Assembly (NCBI RefSeq): GCF_001194135.2
Contig: NC_068988.1
Span: 89,491,744-89,555,743, forward strand
DNA: 64,000 nt
Origin: Octopus bimaculoides
Taxonomy: Eukaryota
Direction: 5' to 3'
A model generated the notes under the pieces. The model saw nothing but the letters and a program-made list of their open reading frames with translations. It had not been told where the DNA came from and did no database searches. This document shows, piece after piece, positions 39,109 to 51,022 of this stretch. Each line of letters starts with the position of its first letter. Position 1 is the first letter of the stretch. A program made the position numbers and the translations under genes.

Positions 39109-40155
39109 AAAGAAATTATGAACTTTAAAATACACTTGTGCAAAAGATTCCCGAGTTGTATATCTTGCTGTATCCTTCAGAAGATATACACTAAATAATA
39201 TGGTACTGATATAGAACTGGGTTAACTTTGGTAAGGGATGGGCAAATATGTACGTGTGGCACGTATACATACACTTATATGAGAGAGGGTGTTGCAGATT
39301 GAAGAGCAGATTTCAGAGTATAACAGGAGCAGAGATGCCGATGCAGTCGTAGTGAGGGAGAGACGTAAATGTCGCTGAAGTAAAATACAGCAGCAAAGAG
39401 TGGATATAGAGTTATTGTTAGGGTATTATTATTTCCTTTTTCTTACCTCTGCAACTTGTTGAGGACCGAATAGCTTTTATTGTGCATTTATGCAGAAGGG
39501 TTTGAGAGCAGTATTATCTGATGGGGAATTATGGAAGATAAGTAGATGAAGAAAATTACTTTCGTCTCAACGAAGCAGAACTTGCAACTCATACTGAATA
39601 TACTGCCTGGATTTTCCAATTAAATCTCAATTCCTATCGAATACCGAAGCCATATATTGTTTGTGAGCGTCATGAAGCTAGCGATTTTTGCATCAAAGAG
39701 GAGACCCTGAAGATGATGATGTGACATTCCATTGTTCCAACTAATAGTTATATTCGCTGATCACTGAGCAAAATTATTTTTTTGATTTTATGTTCGTGTA
39801 CTAACTGATGTCAAATTATCATTATTTTCTGGTGTATGAATATTCCGCAGACAAGTATGTATGTGTATGTCTGGGTCGTTCTGTTATATATANNNNNNNN
39901 NNNNNNNNNNNNNNNNNNNNNNNNNNNNNNNNNNNNNNNNNNNNNNNNNNNNNNNNNNNNNNNNNNNNNNNNNNNNNNNNNNNNNNNNNNNNNNNNNNNN
40001 ATATACAATGTAATTTTGATCTCTAACTGAATGTGGAGGTTGTGTTAGAAAAGAATACTATTTCATTTACCTTGAGATGATCTCTGGTATTGACTTGCGG
40101 TGCATAAATAAACGCATGTGACTATATCGTTCACACACACACACATACACACTCA

Positions 40156-40191
<36 letters not shown>

Positions 40192-41040
40192 TACACACAT
40201 ACACTCACACACACATTCATATATATATATATATTTATATACGTATGTATGGATTAAGAAAATCTCGAACCTATTCTGTGTTGAAGTCAATGTTAATTCT
40301 TTAATTTCTTCTAAAAACTTAGCCTATAAAATCCACTAATATTTACTTATAACTCTTATTGCTAAATAATTTAACATTCAACTGGTTTTTCCATTCATGA
40401 GTACCTACACACCTATACCACCATAGCTAAAATTGTTTCTACAGCCACTGACATTAGCCATAAAGCGGACACAAGCACTTACTACTAGATTTCCCCACAA
40501 ACCCTACAAGCTACGAATGGCACCTACTATTCTCTTTGAATGACTTTCATTTTACTTTATTTATTTATTTTTTTACTTTATCTTGCATTACCTCCTACTT
40601 CTCTATCCTTATTTAGCCTTATATATTCATTTATTTATTTTCTTGATTATTTGTGTACACTATATTTTTATATACATTATTTTATCCTTAATAACAATCT
40701 ATGATTTCCTCACTTACTTTCTCTATCTCTCTATTATTTTTTTTTCTCTTTAGCACTTAATAGCCATCCCCGCTACCATTCGCCAACGGAACGTCGATCC
40801 GTTCCCGCTCATTTCTCGATACTTCCACTATTAAGACTTTAACCTAAATTCAATCTAACACAGGATTGCACCTAAGGACTTATAGACTAACAGCTACATG
40901 ATCGAAAGTTGAACTGCGAAAGTTGAACTGCGAATTCTATGATTTTCCTTCTCTTTCTTCTTATTCTTCATTTCCTTATTCCTTTTCTCTTGTCCTCTAT
41001 GTCGTCGTTTCATTAACCTATTCCTTTCTCATTTTCCCAA

Positions 41041-41100
41041 TTTCTATCCGATGACGGTATATCCCATACTTCGGTCTATCTCAGAAACAGCTGTAAAACC
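41041..41100 (+). ncRNA. Decayed Penelope-type hammerhead with palindromic helix III
   Basis: CCGATGA at 41048-41054 (U4>C), GAAA at 41084, 8-bp palindrome ACAGCTGT at 41087-41094, GUA triplet. Helices I and II are eroded. Confidence 0.4.
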
Positions 41101-41340
41101 TTAATTTTTTTCCACAAATAATAACGTATATGACTGGCGTTGTTTGTCTTGCCTTAACGTGTGTTGTCCTCATTAACAATTATATATATATATATNNNNN
41201 NNNNNNNNNNNNNNNNNNNNNNNNNNNNNNNNNNNNNNNNNNNNNNNNNNNNNNNNNNNNNNNNNNNNNNNNNNNNNNNNNNNNNNNNNNNNNNNNNNNN
41301 NNNNNNNNNNNNNNNNNNNNNNNNNNNNNNATATATATAC

Positions 41341-41392
<52 letters not shown>

Positions 41393-41882
41393 ATTCATGT
41401 TTGTGTACATATGCATGCACAGTCGAAAATATAATGTATTCTTAGCAAAATTTTGATATGAGTAGGCAAGCTCTTGGAAATTGAGTAAGCTACAGAAAAA
41501 TACATTAATTCAGTAACGGATTAAACAACGAGACAGGATAAATGTTTATTCAACATATTGCGCCTGATACTCTGTATACATAATCATTCACAACAACATT
41601 GCTAACTAAAATGACAAGAAACACTGTTATGAAATCCCGGTCATCAACCTTGTATAATTATGCATATGAATGTACAGTATTAATGATATATTCAGTCTAA
41701 CATAATTAAATAAAGTTGAGGTTTTCAACTTAGTAATATCTGAGATAATATAAATGATACTGTATGAAATGTAAAATAATATAATATCACTCTTAGCAAT
41801 TAAAGTTCTTTTTTAATTATTCGCTGGTTAAATCTTTGTGGCGAGGTTACATGCATAAATGCTATAATATATTATTTCAAAA

Positions 41883-42098
41883 GGCGGCGAGCTGGCGGAA
41901 ACGTTAGCACGCCGAGTGAAACGCTTAACGGCATTTCGTCTGTCATTACGTTCTGAGTTCAAATTCCGCCGAGGTCGACTTTGCCTTTCATGTGTTCGGG
42001 GTCGATAAATTAAGTACCAGTTGCGTGCTTGGGTTGATCTAATCCACTGGCCCCTTCCCCCAAAGTTTCGGGCCTTGTTCCTAGAGTAGACAAGAATA
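41883..42098 (+). mobile_element. Best-preserved family-A tRNA-derived SINE
   Basis: GGCGGCGAGCTGGCGGAAACGTTAGC head, GAGTTCAAATTCC B-box. Central GCCGAGGTCGACTTTGCCTTTCA...GGGGTCGATAAATTAAGTACCAG resembles, from memory and unverified, the MetaSINE central domain. Confidence 0.92.
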
Positions 42099-42299
42099 TA
42101 TGATTTATTTCCATAAATAACATTGCATATGTTAGTGATGTTTATTTGTGTGCGTATACATATACGTGTGTTTGTGTGTGTGTGTATGTATGTGTTTGTA
42201 TTACTCTGAGTATCTGTATGTGAATATCTTCGTTCAGTCTATGGAAACACATACATAGAAAAGTAAAATTTCCTACTGAAAATCCTCAAATTTTAAAAT

Positions 42300-44100
42300 A
42301 TATTTCTCTCTCAAATGGATTTATATCAACCCTTATTTGTAAATCTTCTTTACTGTCCAAGCTACACTTTCTAGTCAACTTTCCATAAAAAAAGGTAGTG
42401 CCTAGGTTTACTCCACCCTCCTTATCTAACCCCATCTTCCTTTGCATTTAAATCATTTAAATAACAATACGTCCTGTTCCTCTGGCTCAAGTTCTCCTCT
42501 CATTACTGAAATACAGCATCTTTTTGAGTATATCTACTCTTGTTTCGGCAAGCTCCATTTTGCTAGCGTGTAAGCTTTCAAATCTGACAACCATTGCATC
42601 TCAGAGCTAAAAAGCCTAATGTTTTCCTATTCTCAAACCTTTACCGCAACTTCGTTCACAGACTACTCGCATTCCATTTCTTCTCGTAGATAGACACCTG
42701 AAGCACAATTGATCTCGTCCTCATTTCAAAACCTAACGTTTACCAATCTGTAACCTCCATGCGACATGTCAGGCTCATCACAACCACTTTAAACACAACC
42801 TCATACCACACGATATTGCTCTGTACCCACAACAAATTAATCGATATACATTCACTCCTGTCCTAATATTTCTTCAATCTTAAACATGTTCACACTTAAG
42901 TCATAACTTTGGAGTGTATACTTCACCCCCACACCATTCATCGGTATTCTTCATGTCTCTAAAATATCATAATCACACATGTAGTTTTAAATTGCGAGCA
43001 GTTAAATCCTCATCACGTTTTAAGTTCTTTGATTGTATTACCATTAGATCTGCAAGCTTAGTACATGTTAGCTATCAACGGAACTAATACAGATGGTTAT
43101 ATTCTAAACTTCCAAAAAGTTTTTTTTCAAAACTGTCCTCAGAGGAGCATATATGTATTCAGCATTTCCTCGTCACCTATCATCATACAATTGCTATACT
43201 TTATTTTCTCTTCCATTGATTTCTAATTGTTTTACTATTTCGCTTCGCATCAATTTGCTGTTCCTTTTTGTCTACAGGGGTGACTTCCGTATAAAGTTCT
43301 TTTGACATGTAATAAACATTCATTCTTACATTGATGAATCGTGATTTAGATAGACTTGTCGCAAAGAAGTGACTGTACTTAATATACGGTTGACTATACT
43401 GTTTATATACATATGTGTATATAATATATACGTTGATGTATAACCTATCATACTCGTGCGTCCAAGGTATTTTCAGACATTTATACACTAGGTAGTTCAG
43501 TTTATAGAATAACTGATATTTTATACATCTTTCTTGCTGGAAATTTCCCTCAATGTCACCCACTCATCCTACTTCGTATATTCATCGTCTACATCATTTT
43601 ATCTTGTGTGATTGTGTGCGTGTATATTCTAGCATTTAGTTTTATATAAATGCTATACTTCTTCATCGACCAAGATATCTTTATTATATATATTATATAT
43701 GAATTGCCAGTGAACTACCTTAATTTACCCTTTTACTGATTAAATCTTCACTGCACATATATATTTGCCTTCATACCATGCACATGAATGTTTCTCACAC
43801 CGACATCATACATATCACGCTAACCTCGGTATTTAGCTTTCGGTTCCATTATATGCGTATTCACTACATCAATTGCAAAGGGTAGTTATTAACAGCAAGA
43901 GGATATCTTCCTTCCATCTTCGACACCTAGGCACCACCACCTCATTATCCCAGCTACTACATCAACACCAAAGATTCTTCCACTGCAGCGCCATGCAATG
44001 TCTCCTCGAAATCATATTCAGAATATAAAAACCGCTCCCGGCAGCGTCACAATCCCAACATCACCCTCACAAATTCTCCGCTATTGCTTCTCCTGTATAT
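42300..44100 (-). mobile_element. Highly decayed RTE-like LINE remnant
   Basis: Faint minus-strand similarity (FEMRTRSIVLQVSIYEKKWNASSL*TKLR; GWDNEVV) to RTE RT and C-terminal motifs; many stops. Confidence 0.3.
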
Positions 44101-44149
44101 CATCCACTATAAAATCACAGTCATATAATCACCACAAAAACATTCAACG

Positions 44150-44490
44150 GTAAAGCGTAAAGACCCCCTTCGGTCATAAATGACCATGGGATTGGACCTA
44201 GAAAGTTCCTCTCCGAGGAACAAGTCTGGGCAAAGTTGTTCATGGAACACCGGCCGTCGCCCATGCATACCAGCCCTCCTTCTCCACTCCATCGATGTTA
44301 TCCAAGGGCAAGGCAAAAGCCGGTACAGATTGGCACCAGTGGCGTCACAACTCATTTCTACAGTTGAGTGAACTGGAGCAATGTGAAATAAAGTGTGTTG
44401 CTCAAGAGCACAACACACAGGTCAGTTCGGGAATCGAAATAACTACCTCATGATTGTGAGACCAACGTTCTAACCAATGAGCCATGAGCC
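44150..44490 (-). mobile_element. CORE-like tRNA-derived SINE
   Basis: Minus strand GGCTCATTGGTTAG A-box, TTTCGATTCCC B-box, GTGTTGTGCTCTTGAGCAACACACTTTATTTCACATTGCTCCAGTTCACTCAACTGTAGAAATGAG (CORE-like), TTTACG/TTTACC tail. Confidence 0.82.
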
Positions 44491-45729
44491 TTTTTCACAA
44501 TTGAACAAACATATAGTTACCCCATGTATTCTCCGCAAAACGCCAACACCATGATTCACTTCATAACACTCTTCGACATTTTTGCAATCACAACATTATT
44601 TTCACAGCAAATACTTCCGTTATGTTACATACATATAACAACACCACTTCCATAGCAATACTTTATCGAAATTAGTCCCGCACCATTACATCCCAAATAT
44701 AGTGCATAGTGTACCCCTCGTATAAATTTTGCGAGATCTCTCTTCCATAACAAAATTTCATTTACTGCGATATGAATTTTTTTAAATGTCTATTAATGAC
44801 ATTCCTGCAGATATTCTCGTCTTAGAATAGATTTAGTTTACCGTTGTGGTGTGTTAGGCGTTTCTTGCTTGAAAGTAAGGCTCATTTTATATAATTACGG
44901 AGGTATTTCAGTCTTTTCGCTAACCAGTCACTTTCTTCTAAATATATTCCGACAAATCACCGTTTTATGTCCAACGTTCCAATTTCAAATCTATAGACGC
45001 ATGCTTGGTTATAATCAGTAAGGCGTATAGATGCCACACTATACATATAAATATAACACACGCACAAACACGCACACATAAATAAACATGCATATATACG
45101 TATACATATGTATTTGTATTTTGTATATCTATCTACTTAGTTTTATATATACATATATATGTATTAATGTACGTACGTATGTACATAGAATCATTCTGAG
45201 TTTATCCACCTCCTAAAACATAATTTCCGACACTAAATGTCCAGTAATCATGTCCTTCATTTCAGCTAATCATAACATTATAGTATCGATTACATTCATG
45301 GAGCCCTCTCGTCGAATATTATTGATATCAATTATCTTTTTTATAAGTATTGATTGTGTATATTAGCAAAATACCAATTACTTGTAGCATTTTTAGTGAA
45401 TACAATATAGTGAAAAACTTGTAGATATCCTAAAATTCTCCGCAGGGAATAGGGCTTCAAAGATGCTTGGAAGGGCAACCTGCTAGACAAAAGACGTAAG
45501 TAGACGTAAGTATATTCCCAAGGCATATATCTACTCATCATTTACAATAAACAAGATTTTTGGGTTCTATACATATGTACAACCTGGTATCCTTACAATG
45601 TAACAGGAAACTCACTATGAAAAGCAATCACTGCACATGACTAAGTTTCACATGTTTCGTTGTGCCTTGAGAGAAGCAATAAAAACACTTACTTTGCTGA
45701 TAAAGCGTAAGATAACCTGTTTAGAATGA

Positions 45730-46525
45730 GATGCTACCTCTCGAGCAAAAGGGATGTAGAAAAACTTCTGAAAACATTTCCGGTGAATCAAGGACCATCA
45801 TGCTATTGACAAGGCGATCTTGAGTAAAAACAAAAGATACCAAACGAATTTCTGCTAGGCTTGGATGGATTTTAACGAAACCTTTGACATGGTCCGACAT
45901 TCTAGGTTAGTGAGATGTTTGGAATAGCAGATTATTTTATTAAAGTAATGGAACGTAGCATTGTGAAAGAGTAACTGGTATGTTGGAATTAAACACCTAG
46001 GTGTGATCAATATAAAAAAAACGGAATATTCCAAATAGATTCATTCTCGCCATTGATTTTAGTAATCGTCCTGATTCCATTATAGATTATCTTACAGGAG
46101 ATATTGCCTCTTAGATTGAAAAGATAGGACCTCAGATCAACCATCTAGTTTTCATAGATGATATAAAAGTTTTTGGTAAACACGAATCACACGTTGATTC
46201 AGTGGTCAGAATTGATCGCCCATGCCCAATAGACATTGAGATGGAATTCGGTATTACAAAATGCTTCACTCTGATTATGCAGAGAGGTAAACTTGTAGTT
46301 GAATGGAATTACCTTGTGGAGAGTTCAATAGTGAATCTGAGAATAGTGGGTACACTATTTGGGCCTTTTTGCACCTGGTAAAATTTCTACATGATTAGAT
46401 GACTGGAAATGTGGACACCCAGAGGTTTGAACAGCACATCAAAAATTTTGGAGTTACTATCAAGCTCGAAATGATCCAGAAAATAACTTTGTTTGGAGCA
46501 GCTACAAACCTAAGGAAAACTTGAC
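45730..46525 (+). mobile_element. R4/Dong-like (RLE) non-LTR retrotransposon remnant: RT motifs joined to the ORF C-terminus
   Basis: LPLEQKGCRK, AIDKAIL, AWMDFNETFDMVRHS, IFQIDSFSPLILVIVLIP, INHLVFIDDIKVFGK, MEFGITKC, then KLEMIQKITLFGAATNLRK. Confidence 0.85.
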
Positions 46526-46534
46526 TCATTGGGG

Positions 46535-46950
46535 GAGGTGAAAATCAAGAGAAGAATCTTCCAGTCGGAGAGTGTGTCCCCGCTGATATTCGTGCTGAGA
46601 ATGATGCTCTTGAGTGAAATACTACACAAAACAAAGAGGTAAGGAAAAACCAAACCACTTGCAATTCATGGACGACCCGAAGCTATTCACAAAAAATTGA
46701 GGCAGAACTGGACAGCCTAGTCCAGTCTGTGCGGATTTTCTCAAATGATATTCAGATGGAGTTTGAACTGTCAAAATGTGCTACGATGGTAATGAGACAA
46801 GGAAAGCCTGCAAAGACAGAAGGCATATAGCTGTCAGGTGGTGAAATGATGAAGGAAATTCAACCTCAAACTAGCTATAAATACCTGGGAATGCTTAAGG
46901 CAGATGGAATTAGACACCAAGATATAAAGGAAAAGACAAAACGAGAGCTA
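46535..46950 (+). mobile_element. Second R4/Dong-like RT fragment
   Basis: VKIKRRIFQSESVSPLIFVL; NHLQFMDDPKLF..EAELDSLVQSVRIFSNDIQMEFELSKCA; YKYLGMLKADGIRH. Confidence 0.88.
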
Positions 46951-47544
46951 TATATCGTCGTTATCTAAATCACCGCCAGTCGGTTGTTTAGCAGAGAAAA
47001 TCCACTTCAGTACATGTGCCGTATTTCTATTATGTTTAACTTCTGACTTTGTTATCAGATTGTCCAGGAAATATATTAAGTGCTATGTAAGGTTTTATCT
47101 GGGTGTGTATATTTTATCCGACACACACTACGTCATTGTGTTTTTGATAAGTCGATTAAACTTTTGCAACACTCTCTTGTTTCTCACTGTATTTACTTTG
47201 GCAAGAATGGATCCCAGAACATACAAGATCAGAACTAAATACTCCGTCTTAGTTGCCACATTTTTGCTTTCATCCAACCACACCACCATCTATCGGTTCT
47301 TCATGTTAATACAGAATGCAATTCAATTAGCTTCGCTTTGCCATCAAATTAATTTTGTTAATCTATTTAATTAAAGAGTTTAAATCAACAAAAACCCTGT
47401 TTAGCTAAACTACAAGCGATCTAATTAATTAACAATATCCCAATTAGGAAATTATTATAATTCCTACTTTTTGATTGTTTGTTTGGTCTTTGGTTACTTG
47501 TTTGTGTTTGTTTCAGTATTACGATTCTTTGATATTTTCATATT

Positions 47545-47720
47545 TCTAAGGCTGCGAACTGGCTGAATTCTCAGAATAGCGGCTATAACTGCTGTGCCTG
47601 ATCGTGACCGCACCTTGCACGCTGAGTTCGAATAACGCCGAAATCAACTTCTCCTATCCTCATTTCGAAATTGATAGGTACTGTTCGGGGGCTGTGATCG
47701 ACTCTAGATTGTCCCTCTTT
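47545..47720 (+). mobile_element. Degenerate family-A SINE
   Basis: GGCTGCGAACTGGCTGAATTC head; CTGAGTTCGAATAACGCCGAAATCAAC. Confidence 0.55.
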
Positions 47721-47861
47721 CAGGATGAAATCAGAATGGGTCGGATGTTGATAGGGATGTGTTCACCAGATCCAAAAGTGCTCGAAGCGCATTGTATATT
47801 ACAAGGGTTCCTTTAGGAATAGCTTGTCGATTAATAGTAGCTGTAATATTAGTAGTAACGC

Positions 47862-47925
<64 letters not shown>

Positions 47926-48480
47926 GAGTGAGAGAAGAGTGCATGCCATCAAAGTAACACTGGGGTGAAATATACGAAGCCCAGTATACACACCATGACT
48001 ACTTGTCTGATAAGGGTGCACGAGGCACATGCATCGCAACCATATGCACGCAATATGGTGATCTCATATCAAAATAAACAGCGAATGACCTTGCAAGTAG
48101 AGCCCAGTTAGGATTTTCAACAGGGCGAGTAGCCCGTCCCGCTGAAAGGGTCCCTGAATAAAGTTTTTTTGATGATGATGAACAAAACACGCATGTTTCC
48201 AGAGGTGAATGACTCAAACCCCAAAGATTTCCTCTCAACACATGGCTATGATGCTCCCCCACTGCGTCTGCTCGTGTTCAGAGATGCACATATCGTCAGC
48301 CACCAAGGGACATGCTCAACCGGTTAAGGTCAAACAACTGACAAGCAAATCTGTGGTATTGAGCAGAATATTTGCTGTAGCCCATCTTTTATACCAAGAC
48401 GAAACAACGTACATGATAACACTTCCATTCAGTTAAGATCAAAAACCGCGAGAGCGGGAGCCTGGTACTGCATCAAGCAT
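47926..48480 (-). mobile_element. 555-bp non-coding interspersed repeat flanked by (ATT)n on both sides (putative non-autonomous retroposon)
   Basis: (ATT)n at 47862-47925 and 48481-48564. Partial copies at 38839-38868 and 49690-49860. No recognisable ORF. Strand is inferred from the (AAT)n tail. Confidence 0.75.
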
Positions 48481-48481
48481 A

Positions 48482-48565
<84 letters not shown>

Positions 48566-48566
<1 letters not shown>

Positions 48567-49650
48567 CTTCGTAACACAGTGTAAGTAAAAATACACCGGA
48601 GACTTTAGTCATCTGTGAAGTCGCAACAAGCACCACAGACAGATAATACTTTCGTTAAGATGTGTACAGTGCCCAATAAGGCTGCTTTTTGCAAGACATC
48701 AATTTCGCATGGGATTTCCAGTTGCCTTAAGAAGTTTCGAAGTTTCAATGCGATTGAGCCCAATGCTCCGATCACCACTGGTATTACTTTACATTGCATT
48801 CCATTTAGTCTTGCCATTTCCACTTTCAATTAAGAGTACTTGGCAGTTTTTTCAACCACTTTAATTACAACATTCATGGCATTTGGTATAGTTGCATCAA
48901 TGATCGGACAGAATTTGTCTTTCTTACTCAATATGACCAATATCCGGCCGACAGTGTTCGATTACACGATCCGTCTGAAAATCATAGTCTCAAAGTATCG
49001 TTACTTTGCTATCCTCCTGCATAACTTTACTTGGTTCATGCTCATACCAGTTCTCTGTTACTTTATATTGGTATTTACAGCATAAGAGCCAATGAAGATA
49101 CACACACACTTTATCGTAGCGGCGCTTGTATTCTTTTGTGCAAATCTCTCACATTTTCCACACTCTTTCCGCAGAGTCTGCATTTCTGGGTGTCAGAATG
49201 TTTATAGATATTATACTTCACTGAATTGGTAGCGAGAGCCTGGTCTTGTGCAACAATGATCAGGCTTTCGGTGGTACACTTCAAATCACCTCGTTCAAGC
49301 CATGCCCACGATGCCCTATTATCTTTAACGTCCTGTGTATTCTTTTCAAACTGACTTTTCAAACATTCATTCTCATTTCAAGAAGGTCTTCTTTCCCTTC
49401 TCTTCAGCTCTTTGGTTATACTCCGCCTTGCCCATCATTTCATCTGCATTGCAGCAGGTCTTCATCACTATCTATGAAACACTCAGCAACCGTTCTCTTT
49501 TCACTCGTTATACAATGGTCTATACCTATCAGTCCTCTGCCACCATTCTTTCTTTTCATATACAGTCTGTTTACTTTCGTTTTGGGGTGTAGATTTTGAT
49601 CTTTAAATTGTGACTGTTATTCCGTGTTTCATTGCCCCTAGAATGTATGA
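48566..49650 (-). mobile_element. 3' part of an R4/Dong-like LINE (zinc knuckle + restriction-like endonuclease) ending in (AAT)n
   Basis: LHPKTKVNRLYMKRKNGGRGLIG; WAWLERGDLKCTTESLIIVAQDQAL; KCRLCGKSVENV; ILWDYDFQTDRVIEHCRPDI; KVIPVVIGALG...LQKAALLGTVHILTKVL. Confidence 0.92.
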
Positions 49651-49689
49651 ACAATGGCCCATACGTCCTTCATATTCGTTACATTTATA

Positions 49690-49860
49690 CAAACCCCAAA
49701 GAATCCCTCTCAACACATGGCTATGAAGCTTCCACATTATTCTTGCTGATGATCAGAGATGCATTTATTGTCAGCCTCTAAGGGACGTGCTCAAATGGTT
49801 AAAATCAAACAACCCGCAAGTAAGCCTGAAGTATTGTGCAGAAGATTTGATATAACGATA
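49690..49860 (-). mobile_element. Partial copy of the 47926-48480 element next to the truncated 5' end of the Dong-like LINE
   Basis: CAAACCCCAAAGAATCCCTCTCAACACATGGCTATGA...TCAGAGATGCA...AAGGGAC.TGCTCAA..GGTTAA is shared with ~48215-48380. Confidence 0.85.
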
Positions 49861-50980
49861 TTTCTGCCTCGGCAACTCAGCGCTGAATCTGTCTGAAATG
49901 TAATGAAAAATAGGTCAGTTTCAAAACATTAATGGCAGGGAAAAGAGAACAAGTGCAAAGTTTGAAGAGAATAGTAGTCGTTTTCTCTGATTGCTAGATA
50001 GAAGCAAATAGGAAATAATACTTACTGTCCAAAGACAACCAAATCAAAATTTTGGTACAGAATGCAATGAACATCGGTCGAGTGGTGGTGTAGTTCTCTG
50101 TCTCAAACTTTCACACCCTTTTGTGTTCCATTAGGTCACCGTTGATTCACTCGGGTGTATCTATGCATGCTAGCGTCTATATAAGAAGCAAAAGCAATTG
50201 GTGAAATTATGCTACGTATTGCCAAGACATACTCGCTCCTCGCTTATGTGTGACGGGTAGATGCATTTAAATTCCGCTTGAGTTGTGTAGAATATGTCAT
50301 ATTAATCTGTGGAAATTACATAGAATGTCATTTCGCTCTAGTGTGGGGTATGTTTTATTGTATACTGTGTGTATTACATAATGTGTTGGGATTTTTATGG
50401 GATTGAGTATTGTGTATGACGCATGCGTTTTGTTATATTCTTGTTCAGTGATTCTCAAACTATTACTTTGTCTACGATGTGTTATGTTTTGTTCGCTGAT
50501 GATTGTGTTCTCTATATGAGTAGTTTTAATGGATTTCAGTGTCTCTTGATGATTGCGCAGCGCATGTGATGCATGGGTTGTGATATTACTGTTGGTAACA
50601 TTATTATTAATAATAATTATAACAATAGCATCGATATTATATTAGTTGGTTGCCGTTGTTGCTCATGATGTTATTTTTACTAATCTAATAAAATATATTT
50701 CTGTATTCAATATTTTCTTCTCTTTTTTTTTTTAAGGATCGTGAAACTGTTTAGTTTGGGCGCATGCAACTTTCACTGTAACACTCCATCACTTTCTTCC
50801 TCTGCATCTCTCCTTCCCTTTCCTCTTCTCTCTCTCTCTATATATATATGTGTGTGTATGTGTATGTGTATGCNNNNNNNNNNATATATATATATATATA
50901 TATATATATATACTCACACACGAATATATATATACACACACACAAATATATATATATACAGACTGAGAAAGAGGAAAATT

Positions 50981-51022
<42 letters not shown>

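Noticed and set aside
50170-50200. TATATAAG TATA-box-like motif
   Set aside because: Expected by chance in AT-rich DNA; no supported downstream gene.
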